Part shown: one piece after another, positions 44,918 to 53,179 of the stretch
Layout of the letters: each line of letters begins with the position of its first letter
Position numbering within the stretch: position 1 is the first letter of the stretch
Source: Planctomycetia bacterium
GTDB taxonomy: Bacteria; Planctomycetota; Planctomycetia; Pirellulales; UBA1268
Direction of reading: 5' to 3'
NCBI GenBank assembly: GCA_014192425.1
Contig: BJHK01000011.1
Location: forward strand, 73,670-137,669
DNA: 64,000 nucleotides
Program-made: the position numbers and the translations under genes
The notes under the pieces: model-generated
Databases searched by the model: none
What the model saw: only the letters and a program-made list of their open reading frames with translations
Told to the model about the DNA's origin: nothing

Positions 44918-46902
44918 GCCGACCGCTCCACGCTGGTCGTGGACCGATGATTCGCCAGGGTATCCGCCGGCTGTCGTTCGTCGGCATTGCAGTCCGCGGC
45001 GACAACTTCCATCAAGGTCTCGAGGGCGCCGGCCTGATCGCCGGCGGCAGCCACGCTCTTGAGCTCGGCCAGCCACGTGCGCACGTCCGTGAGCGACCGC
45101 GGCGGTCGCGTGGCCCGCATCACCAGGTCGTTGGCGGTCGGCTCCCGGTTCTCGTCCGCGAAAAACAGCTCCTCGTCCAGTTTTTCGCCTGGCCGCAGGC
45201 CACAGTACTCGATTCGTACCTCCCCGGGAGGGATGTCCATCACGAACGCCAGACTGCTGACGAGGTCCACGATCGGGATCGCCTCCCCCATCTGCAGCAC
45301 GAACGTGCCGCCCCGGTCAGCCAGCGCGGCGGCGAGGAGCACCAGTTGGGCCGCCTCGTCGATCGTCATGAAGTATCGGCGCACCTCCTTGTGCGTGATC
45401 GTGATCGGGCTGCGGCGGGAGAGTTGGTCCGTGAAGATCGGGACCGCGCTGCCGCTCGATCCGAGGACGTTGCCGAAGCGGACGACCACGAATCGTGTCC
45501 GCGACCCGCCATCGAATGCCTGCAGAAACCGGTCGGCAACGAGTTTCGAGGCGCCCATCACGCTCGAGGGATTGACGGCCTTGTCGGTGGAAAGCGCCAC
45601 GAACGTGCCCACGCCCTGGGCGTCGGCCAGTTCCGCGAGGGTGGCGGTGGCCAGCGAGTTGTTCTCGATCGCCTCGATGGGGTGCAACTCCATCAGCGGC
45701 ACGTGCTTGTAGGCAGCCGCATGCACGATGATGTCGGGTCGATGGTCGGCGAGCACCTGCTCGATGCGATCGGCGTTGGTGAGGTCGCAGATCACCGGCA
45801 CGAGGCGGGTCGAGGCCACGTGGGGGCTGACGGACAGTTCACGGTCGATCTGAAACAGACTGTATTCCGATCGCTCCACCATCACGAGTTTCGCCGGCCC
45901 GAACCGGATGACCTGCCGGCAGATCTCCGATCCGATCGACCCGCCGGCACCCGTCACCAGGACGGTCCTGCCCCGGACGAAGGGGAGCACGTCGGCATCG
46001 CGGTCGGTGAGCCGGGCCTGTGGACGCGACAGCAGATCCCGCAGTTCGATGTCTCGGACCCGCGGTGTCGCCGTCTTCCAGCCGGCGACACCTGCTGCCG
46101 GATCGCTGTTCTCTGCGATGCTGACCCGCACACCAATCACCGCGCAGGCGTCGCACAGCGCCCGCAGGCGGCTGCCGAAGATCGATCCCTGCCGCACGAT
46201 CACCTCGCGGATCCGCAGCCGCTCGGCACAGGCAGGTGCCATGCCGATCGGGCCGAGCACGCGGGCGCGACCGACGGCGAGACCGTAGTGCTGCGGATCG
46301 TCGTCGAGCAGGCCGGCCACGAAAAAACGCTTGTGACGCATCCCTTCCAACGCCCGGGCCAGGGCCCGGCCGTCTTCGGAGCCGTCGATGATGAGAACGC
46401 TCCGCACGTTCCCGGCGGGGGTCACCGGCACGATCTCCTCGTAGAGGCTGCGCACGACCGCCTGCAGCCCGCCGACGAGGAGGATCGTGAACGCCCAGTC
46501 GAGCACGAGCACGCTGCGCGGGATCGCCAGCCAGTCGGAGGCGAGGCTGCCAAACTGGTTCCCGGCGACGAGGACCAACGTCGCCAGTGAACTGGTGCGC
46601 ACCAGGCGGCTCAAATCGGAGAACCGGGCCGCCCGCCATGGCCGGTGGGCGTGGCCGAACCAGTAGAAGAGCAGGACCTTGACCAGCACCACGCCGACGA
46701 TCGTGGCCGTGATCGTGTTGGCATCGGAGGCACGGAGGAGAAGTTCGCTGCGGACGAAGAATGCGCCCAGATAGGCACAGCCGAAGAGCAGCATGAGCAT
46801 AGCCGACACCACGATCGACTCTCGGGTCGGCTGCCTGTCACGCCACCAGCACTTGGAGGTTGCCTGCAGGCCGCGGTCACCGTGGGCGGAAGCGGAATTC
46901 AT
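44914..46902 (-). CDS. Membrane-anchored nucleotide-sugar 4,6-dehydratase (CapD/WbpM/PglF family)
   Basis: Four N-terminal TM helices, then VLVTGAGGSIGSEICRQV, FVALSTDKAVNPSSVMGASKLVADR and RFGNVLGSSGS. Confidence 0.9.
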   Translation of the reverse strand: MNSASAHGDRGLQATSKCWWRDRQPTRESIVVSAMLMLLFGCAYLGAFFVRSELLLRASDANTITATIVGVVLVKVLLFYWFGHAHRPWRAARFSDLSRLVRTSSLATLVLVAGNQFGSLASDWLAIPRSVLVLDWAFTILLVGGLQAVVRSLYEEIVPVTPAGNVRSVLIIDGSEDGRALARALEGMRHKRFFVAGLLDDDPQHYGLAVGRARVLGPIGMAPACAERLRIREVIVRQGSIFGSRLRALCDACAVIGVRVSIAENSDPAAGVAGWKTATPRVRDIELRDLLSRPQARLTDRDADVLPFVRGRTVLVTGAGGSIGSEICRQVIRFGPAKLVMVERSEYSLFQIDRELSVSPHVASTRLVPVICDLTNADRIEQVLADHRPDIIVHAAAYKHVPLMELHPIEAIENNSLATATLAELADAQGVGTFVALSTDKAVNPSSVMGASKLVADRFLQAFDGGSRTRFVVVRFGNVLGSSGSAVPIFTDQLSRRSPITITHKEVRRYFMTIDEAAQLVLLAAALADRGGTFVLQMGEAIPIVDLVSSLAFVMDIPPGEVRIEYCGLRPGEKLDEELFFADENREPTANDLVMRATRPPRSLTDVRTWLAELKSVAAAGDQAGALETLMEVVAADCNADERQPADTLANHRSTTSVERSA

Positions 46903-46930
46903 GCTGATCCTTCGCGTGGTTTCAAGCCGC

Positions 46931-47533
46931 CTACAGCCGCTCGAGATCGACGTCCTCGAGTTCGATCGATGCGCCTTGGTTCAGGAATCTGACCGCCACC
47001 ACGAGCCGCTCTTCGCCGTGCCTGCGGACCACCGTGCCTTCCAGGCCGCGAAGCGGGCCGCTGCAGATCCGAACCAACTGCCCGGCTTCGAGCCGGGCTT
47101 CCGGAGTCAGCGGCCGATCGGTGTCGATGAGCCGCTTGATCGCCAGCAGGTCTTCCACAAGCATTCGCTCGTCGGCGATCGGAATCCAGCGGGCGATCGT
47201 GTTGGTGGCGAGTGCCCCCCGGCGCTGCTCGTCGTCCACGCGGGAGAATACGTAGCCTGGGAAAAGCGGAACGAACGAGGACCGCGTCCGGCCGCCGGCG
47301 GAACGCAGGCGGCGACGGATCATGGGAGCATAGAAGGAAATGCCACTGGCCTCGAGCCGACGCATCAGATCCTTCTCGCGGCGGGCCAGGGTGTAGAAGG
47401 CGACCCAGTGCCCGGTGTCAGGTCCGGGACCATCGAGAAGGTCCGCAGGGAAGGTGTCGCGCTGCTTGGGCAGGATGGGCATGATGGGTGGCGCGGACTC
47501 CGTGCTCCTGGGTGGCAGCAGCCAGCCCCGCAT
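46931..47533 (-). CDS. NusG-paralog transcription antiterminator (UpxY/LoaP/RfaH-like)
   Basis: The NGN domain is WVAFYTLARREKDLMRRLEASGISFYAPM...FVPLFPGYVFSRV. The KOW domain is GQLVRICSGPLRGLEGTVVRR. It is the first gene of the long minus-strand operon. The start may be M18 (47482). Confidence 0.8.
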   Translation of the reverse strand: MRGWLLPPRSTESAPPIMPILPKQRDTFPADLLDGPGPDTGHWVAFYTLARREKDLMRRLEASGISFYAPMIRRRLRSAGGRTRSSFVPLFPGYVFSRVDDEQRRGALATNTIARWIPIADERMLVEDLLAIKRLIDTDRPLTPEARLEAGQLVRICSGPLRGLEGTVVRRHGEERLVVAVRFLNQGASIELEDVDLERL

Positions 47534-47723
47534 CGCGACGGTGCAAAACCTTCGAACGACCGAAGTTTACGTCGATCGCGGGGCTGTGTCGCGTGCCATG
47601 GGGCGGCGGGCGAACAATCCCAGGGCCCCGGCTCCACACCCTCGGAAACACGGGCAAAGTTTACCGGCCGAAAATGCCGATTACAGCGATCGAGCCGATT
47701 CTTCCGGTTGCAAGGAGCCTGCC

Positions 47724-49118
47724 ATGGCGACGCCCGAGACTGTGATTTTCCCGCGGACGACCGTTCTGGTGACGGCGGCATGGCGGGTCCGGACAGGAGC
47801 GGCCCTCGCGGTCGTTGCCCTCGTCGCCGCCGCGACCGGCTGCCGGACATTTGGCCGGCCGCAGAACCATACCGCCCAGCAGGCGCTGCTCGACGCCAAC
47901 TGCCCCACCGATCCGGCGAAAATCCCCGCCAAGGAACTGGCCAAGGTCACCCTCCCACCCTACGTGATCGAGCCGCCGGACATCCTCCTCGTGGACGCCC
48001 TGCGGGTCGTGCCCAAGCCCCCGTTCCGCATCCAGTCGTTCGACACGCTCCAGGTGATCGTGGAGGGAACGCTCCTCGAACAGCCGATCAACGGCCTGTA
48101 TGTCGTCGAGCCGGGCGGGATGCTCGACCTCGGCCCCTCCTACGGCAAGGTGATGGTCGGCGGGCAGTCGCTGGAGGAGGCGCAGGACGCCGTCTTCCGG
48201 CACTTGAAGCGGGTGCTCCGCGAGCCGCAGGTGTCGCTGACGCTGGCCCAGGCGGCCGGCCAGCAGCAGATCGCCGGCGAGCACCTCGTCGGTCCCGACG
48301 GCACGATCAACCTCGGCACCTACGGCGCCGTCTACGTCACCGGCCTGACGCTCGAGGAGGCCAAGGTGGCGATCGAAAAGCACCTCGCCGAGTTCCTCGA
48401 CGCGCCGCTCGTGAGCGTCGACGTGTTTTCCTACAACTCGAAGGTCTACTACGTGGTCACCGAGGGGGCCGGCTTTGGCGACCAGATCGCCCGCTTCCCC
48501 GTCACCGGCAACGAGACCGTGCTCGACGCCGTCTCGCAGATCAACGGCCTGTCGCGGCTCTCGAGCAAGGACATCTGGATCGCCCGCCCGGCCCCGTCGG
48601 GTGTCGGCTGTGACCAGATCCTGCCGGTGGACATCGAGGCGATCATGAAGGGGGGATCGACGGCCACCAACTACCAGGTGCTGCCCGGCGACCGCGTCTT
48701 CATCGCCCAAGACCAGTGGATCGCCTTCGACAGCATCGTGGGCAAGATCACGGCACCGTTCGAGCGGATCTTCGGCTTCGCCCTGCTCGGCTCCAGCGCC
48801 GTGCAGCAGATCAACCGCTTCCCCTACGGCTTCAACCCGAACTTCGGCGTCTGCTGGGTGGCTCGCGAGGTCTACGGGCTGCAAAACCCCGAATGGCTCC
48901 TCTTCCGGGCCTGGTTGCTGACGGAGGCCCCGGATTGGCTGCGTGAGGCCTACGTCGCCCATGGCGAGGACTTCGCGGCCTGGATCCACGACAAGCCGGT
49001 CATGAAGGCCGCGGTCAAGGCCCTGATGGATCAGGTCGTCGAGCGGTACAAGGCCGAGATGCCCAAGAAGACCGAGACGCCGGTCGCGGCCGAGTCCGGG
49101 ACGACGACTCCGGAATGA
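47724..49118 (+). CDS. Wza-like polysaccharide export lipoprotein with an extra C-terminal domain
   Basis: The ATG at 47724 is preceded by AAGGAG (47712-47717). The signal peptide has lipobox VAAATGC. The Poly_export region has PPYVIEPPDILLVDAL and GPDGTINLGTYGAVYVTGLTLEEAKVAIEKHL. The SLBB-like region has KDIWIARPAP. The last ~88 aa (from CWVAREVYG) are not part of a canonical Wza. Confidence 0.8.
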   Translation: MATPETVIFPRTTVLVTAAWRVRTGAALAVVALVAAATGCRTFGRPQNHTAQQALLDANCPTDPAKIPAKELAKVTLPPYVIEPPDILLVDALRVVPKPPFRIQSFDTLQVIVEGTLLEQPINGLYVVEPGGMLDLGPSYGKVMVGGQSLEEAQDAVFRHLKRVLREPQVSLTLAQAAGQQQIAGEHLVGPDGTINLGTYGAVYVTGLTLEEAKVAIEKHLAEFLDAPLVSVDVFSYNSKVYYVVTEGAGFGDQIARFPVTGNETVLDAVSQINGLSRLSSKDIWIARPAPSGVGCDQILPVDIEAIMKGGSTATNYQVLPGDRVFIAQDQWIAFDSIVGKITAPFERIFGFALLGSSAVQQINRFPYGFNPNFGVCWVAREVYGLQNPEWLLFRAWLLTEAPDWLREAYVAHGEDFAAWIHDKPVMKAAVKALMDQVVERYKAEMPKKTETPVAAESGTTTPE

Positions 49119-49197
49119 GGGCCGGCGGTCGGGCACCGTGTAGGATGATGATTGTCAGGAGCCGAGGCCGACGCGGGATGTTTCGAGACGAGGAGCA

Positions 49198-49605
49198 GTG
49201 ACCATGCGAATCATGACGAGACTTCAGGCCGCGGTGATCGTTGCCGCTGTGATGGCAGGTGGAGAGGCGTTCGCCCAGGGAGGCGGTAACCGGGGCGGGG
49301 CCGATCTGCCCTTCTCGCAGACCTATCGACGGCCCACCGTCAGCCCCTACATGCAACTGCAGCAACAGGGGATGAACCCGCTCCAGAATCAGAACGTCTA
49401 TCAGACGATGGTCCAACCGCAGATGCAGCAGCAGCAACAACAGATCACCCAACTCCAGCAGAGCCGGCAGCTGGGCAAACTGCAAAACCAGGTCCAGCAG
49501 ATCCAGCGCGACACCAGCGGTCGGCAGATTGACGAGTCGATCCGGCCCACCGGCCACCGGGCGACCTATATGAACTACTCGCACTTCTATCCGGCCGCCC
49601 GCTGA
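49198..49605 (+). CDS. Secreted Gln-rich protein of unknown function
   Basis: Signal peptide is MTRLQAAVIVAAVMAGGEAFAQG. Then come RRPTVSPYMQLQQQGMNP and a Q-rich coiled segment (MVQPQMQQQQQQITQLQQSRQLGKLQNQVQQIQRD). The PTVSPY(L/M) motif is one I associate with planctomycete secreted proteins, from memory only. Confidence 0.55.
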   Translation: MTMRIMTRLQAAVIVAAVMAGGEAFAQGGGNRGGADLPFSQTYRRPTVSPYMQLQQQGMNPLQNQNVYQTMVQPQMQQQQQQITQLQQSRQLGKLQNQVQQIQRDTSGRQIDESIRPTGHRATYMNYSHFYPAAR

Positions 49606-49652
49606 TCGGCGGCCCAAACTGCTCGGCTGCTGCTTGCCCGTAGCAACGCCGC

Positions 49653-51344
49653 TCAGGGCTCGTCGAACGGCCGCCGCGGCGGACGATTCTCTCCGGCCGG
49701 AGCAGTTCCGGCGCCAGCTGGCGCCTCGTCGGTCGCATCGGCCATCTCCTGCCGCTCGCGCCACGGCTTGGCCGCCTCGTAACTGGCGAGTTCCTTCTCC
49801 AATTGGCCGCGGATCTCGGTCTCCTTTTCCGTCGCCTCGACCGCCTTCTGGCTGAACTTCCGCGCGGCCGCGAAGTCACCGCTCTCGGCATGGCCGGCGG
49901 CCAGCGTGCTGATGATGTGGGGCTGCTTCCATTCCGTCTTCTCGCAGGCCTTCTCGGCGAGAGTGATCGCCCGCTTGCCGTCGCGGAGGGTCTCGTCGGG
50001 GGAGGTGGCCAGCAGCCAGGCGAGGTTGTTGAGGACGCCGGAATCGTCGGGCCGCAGCTCGAGCGACTTTTCCAGGTCGGCGAGCGCCGCCTTGTGGTCG
50101 CCGATCGAGATCGCCGCGTCGCTGCGGCCGCGCCGGCTGGGGAAGTGCGCCGCGTCGATCTCCAGAGCCCGGCTGAAGCGGCGGATCGCCTCGCGCGGCT
50201 GCTTGGCGGCGAGATAGAGCGCGCCGAGCTGCGACACGAGCACCGCGTCGTCCCCATTGCGGGCCACGAGGCGGCGAAAATCACGGATCGCCGCCGGGTA
50301 GTCGTCGCGCTCGGCGGCCATCAGCCCGCGCATTTCCAGGGCCGAGGGGTTGTCGGGGATGTCGCGGAGCACACCCTCGATTTCCGTGAGCGCCCGGTCG
50401 GTCTCGCCGGCCTGGTGGAGGATCCTGGCCCGCAGCACCCGCGGCTGCGGATTGTCCGGGGAGAGCTGGATCGCCTTGTCGACGTCGGCGATCGAGCGGT
50501 CCTGCTGCCCCTTGACCGCCAGGAGCCGGGCCCGCTGCAGAAGCACGCCGGGGGAGTCGGGCTCCAGTTCGAGCGACTTGTCGAACGCCTTCTCGGCCTC
50601 GTCGAGCCGATCCGCCATCGTGCAGGCCAGCCCCAGGGCCTCGAAGACCGCTGCATCCTCGGGATCCTCCTCGACGGCGACGAGCAGGTCCTCCCGCGCC
50701 TCCTCGAACTGGTCGGCGACGAGCCGGGCATGAGCCCGGGCCCGGCGGATCTCGGCGTCGCGGGGGGCGAACTCGACCGCTTTGTCGAGGTGCCCCATGC
50801 GCTTCTCCGGCTCGGCGATGGCGCCGAGCACCATGTGGGCTCGGGCGCGCTGCAGCCGGTCGTCGTCGAGCAGGTCGAGGGCCTTGGTGGCGGCTGCCGC
50901 GGCCCGCTCGCGGTTGCCCCCCGGCAACGACTCCAGCCGGGCCACCATCAGCAGGGCCTGCGCGTTCAGCGGCGATTTTTCCAGGACCTCGCCGAGGTCG
51001 CGGAGGGCGAAGGCCCGCATCCGCGGCCACTGGTCGTCCGGCTTCCTGCCCCCGAAGAGCGCGTCGACGAGCATCGCCGCCCGATCCACGAGTGTGCCGA
51101 CATACAACTCCTCGGCGAACTTCCGCGAGTCCTCGGCGAGCCCCTTCTCCAGGGCCTGCTTGCAGAGGTCGAGCACGGTGGCGTAATCCTGGATCTGGTC
51201 CGCCGTGAGCTTGGTCTCGATCGCCGCATCGAGATCGGCCTGCCCCGGGCTGTCGTCGGCAGCGCCGGCGGGCGACCCGCACGCCAGTGCCAGCAGGAGA
51301 ATCCACGAGTCCCACGGGCCGCGGCCGCGGTCGAACGTCTGCAT
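49653..51344 (-). CDS. TPR-repeat lipoprotein
   Basis: The real start is MQTFDRGRGPWDSWILLLALACG (ATG 51344, GGAGGA 7 nt upstream, lipobox LALAC). It is followed by at least 10 TPR-like repeats. The track ORF of 939 aa is an artefactual upstream extension. Confidence 0.75.
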   Translation of the reverse strand: MQTFDRGRGPWDSWILLLALACGSPAGAADDSPGQADLDAAIETKLTADQIQDYATVLDLCKQALEKGLAEDSRKFAEELYVGTLVDRAAMLVDALFGGRKPDDQWPRMRAFALRDLGEVLEKSPLNAQALLMVARLESLPGGNRERAAAAATKALDLLDDDRLQRARAHMVLGAIAEPEKRMGHLDKAVEFAPRDAEIRRARAHARLVADQFEEAREDLLVAVEEDPEDAAVFEALGLACTMADRLDEAEKAFDKSLELEPDSPGVLLQRARLLAVKGQQDRSIADVDKAIQLSPDNPQPRVLRARILHQAGETDRALTEIEGVLRDIPDNPSALEMRGLMAAERDDYPAAIRDFRRLVARNGDDAVLVSQLGALYLAAKQPREAIRRFSRALEIDAAHFPSRRGRSDAAISIGDHKAALADLEKSLELRPDDSGVLNNLAWLLATSPDETLRDGKRAITLAEKACEKTEWKQPHIISTLAAGHAESGDFAAARKFSQKAVEATEKETEIRGQLEKELASYEAAKPWRERQEMADATDEAPAGAGTAPAGENRPPRRPFDEP

Positions 51345-51424
51345 CGGTGCTCCTCCGCTCCGGGTCGGTCGCGGCCGACTTCGGCCGATACCAGGAAACA
51401 GTATGCGGCAAACACCCATCCGGC

Positions 51425-52270
51425 TCAAAGGGGCGCCGGCAGGTCGCGGCGGGCGAAGAGCAGCGCCCCAAGGGCATAGGCCCCGAGTCCGACGGCCAAC
51501 AGGATGCCGTCGTACTGGGCGAGGAGCCACCACGACCGGCCCGTGCCCTCCACCAGCCGCTGCGGCTCGTAGGCGTTGAGGATCGAGAGATAGCCGCACC
51601 ACGACACGAGCGGTGCCCCGAGCCGGCCGACGAGCTTCAGCAGGATCGTGAACACGTAGAAGCCGCCGAGGATGCCGATCGTCCGCCAGCGGTGGCTGTC
51701 GGCGGCGGAGACGCAGGCCGTCAGGCCGGCCATGCAGACCATCAGGCCGAAGACGTTGGCGGCGGCGGGCACGAACACGCGGGGCTCGACCTGGCCCGCC
51801 CACGGGCCGAACGCCACGGCCGTCCAGACCGCGGCCAGGAGGACGCTGCAGAGCAGCGCCGCGGCCGCCGTGGTGGCGAGGGCATGCGTGCAAAACAGGG
51901 CCGAGCGGCGCAGCGGGGCGGCCAGCGTCATCTCCAGCGTGCCCCGCTCGAGCGGCCCCGACACCACGTCGCTGCCGCGCGTGATCCCCCAGGCCGTGGC
52001 CGCGAGGACGACGACCGGATCGACGAACGCCAGTGCCACCCGCCCCGGGTAGGTAGCCACCTCGGCGATCGGCACGGCCGAAAGTTTCTGCCAGTCGGCG
52101 GGGATCAGGCCGAGCAGCGCCTGGAAGTTGGGCATCACGATCTGCGCCGACAGCCCGATGTAGATCCAGGGAAACGCCCCCCAGAGCGCGGCGAGGCACA
52201 GGAACAGGAGCCGCTGCTCCCCCCAGGTCTTCTTCCAGATCGCGGTGTTCCACATGGGGCGGCCCTGCAT
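51425..52270 (-). CDS. ABC-2 type transporter permease
   Basis: Six hydrophobic helices. It sits immediately downstream of an ABC ATPase. The start is placed at MQGRPMWNTAIWKK (52270). Confidence 0.65.
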   Translation of the reverse strand: MQGRPMWNTAIWKKTWGEQRLLFLCLAALWGAFPWIYIGLSAQIVMPNFQALLGLIPADWQKLSAVPIAEVATYPGRVALAFVDPVVVLAATAWGITRGSDVVSGPLERGTLEMTLAAPLRRSALFCTHALATTAAAALLCSVLLAAVWTAVAFGPWAGQVEPRVFVPAAANVFGLMVCMAGLTACVSAADSHRWRTIGILGGFYVFTILLKLVGRLGAPLVSWCGYLSILNAYEPQRLVEGTGRSWWLLAQYDGILLAVGLGAYALGALLFARRDLPAPL

Positions 52271-52287
52271 GGCGTGACGGATTCGGC

Positions 52288-53157
52288 TCAGCGATGAACG
52301 CGGTCGTAGACGGCGGCGAGGCCGACCGGCTCGACCTGCACCTCGTCGAGCGGCAGCGTGGCCAGCCAGCCGAGCAGAGGCCCCAGTGAGTCGGACGCCT
52401 CCAGCACGATGCGGCCGGCGGCACACTCCGCCACCGCGACCCGCGTTGCCAGTGCTGCGGGGACGCCGGCAAACGCCCCCGCCAGACGGGCCCGGATCAG
52501 GTGGCCGCGGCGCAGCGATCGCATCGACTCCTCGTGGGCCACTTTCCCCGAACGCAGGATCGCCACTCGGTCGCAGATCTCCTCGACCTCGGAGAGCACG
52601 TGCGACGAGAAGATCACCGTCTTGCCGGCGGATCGCGCTTCTTGCACGAGCCGGAGGACTTCGGCCCGCGCGTTGGGATCGAGGTTCGCCGTCGGCTCGT
52701 CGAGGATCACCAGCGGGACGTCGGTGGCCAGAACCACAGCGATCGCCAGCTTCTGCCGCATGCCCGTGCTCATCCGCCCCACCTGCCGCGTCCGGTCGAG
52801 CCCGAGTCGGTCGGCGATGGCGACCGCCGCGGCACGGCCGCAGTCGCGGCGCAACTCGGCGAAGAAGGCGATCACGCCGTCCGCCGTCATCCGGCGAAAC
52901 AGCCGGGCCTCCCCCGGCAGGTAGGCCGTGCGGCTGCGGACGCCGAGCGAGTCGGTCGCGCAGTCGTGGCCGCAGACCGTCGCCCGGCCCGCCGTCGGCC
53001 GGATGTAGCCGAGGAGCAGCCGAAGGAGCGTCGTCTTGCCGGCCCCGTTGGGGCCGAGGAGGCCGAAGATCTCCCCCGCGCCGACCTCGAGCGAGCAGGC
53101 GTCGAGGGCCGTGAAGCCGGCGTAGCGTTTCGTGAGGCCTGCGGTGCTGACGATCAT
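52288..53157 (-). CDS. ABC transporter ATP-binding protein (ABC-2 subfamily)
   Basis: All motifs are canonical: Walker A GLLGPNGAGKTTLL, signature MSTGMRQK, Walker B LVILDEPTANLD, H-loop IFSSHVL. The start is placed at MIVSTAGLTKRY (53157). Confidence 0.9.
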   Translation of the reverse strand: MIVSTAGLTKRYAGFTALDACSLEVGAGEIFGLLGPNGAGKTTLLRLLLGYIRPTAGRATVCGHDCATDSLGVRSRTAYLPGEARLFRRMTADGVIAFFAELRRDCGRAAAVAIADRLGLDRTRQVGRMSTGMRQKLAIAVVLATDVPLVILDEPTANLDPNARAEVLRLVQEARSAGKTVIFSSHVLSEVEEICDRVAILRSGKVAHEESMRSLRRGHLIRARLAGAFAGVPAALATRVAVAECAAGRIVLEASDSLGPLLGWLATLPLDEVQVEPVGLAAVYDRVHR

Positions 53158-53179
53158 GGCGAGGTGCGGGCGGCGCGGG

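Noticed and set aside
49420-49445. CAG/CAA run as a phase-variable microsatellite
   Set aside because: It has only about 6-8 imperfect units of mixed codons inside a Gln-rich coding region. That is too short and heterogeneous for slipped-strand switching.
49653-52472. 939-aa ORF in the track suggesting one giant protein
   Set aside because: Only the last 563 codons (from MQTFDRG at 51344, with RBS and lipobox) look real. The upstream 376 codons are Arg/Gly/Pro-rich and overlap, in another frame, a well-supported ABC-2 permease gene (51425-52270).
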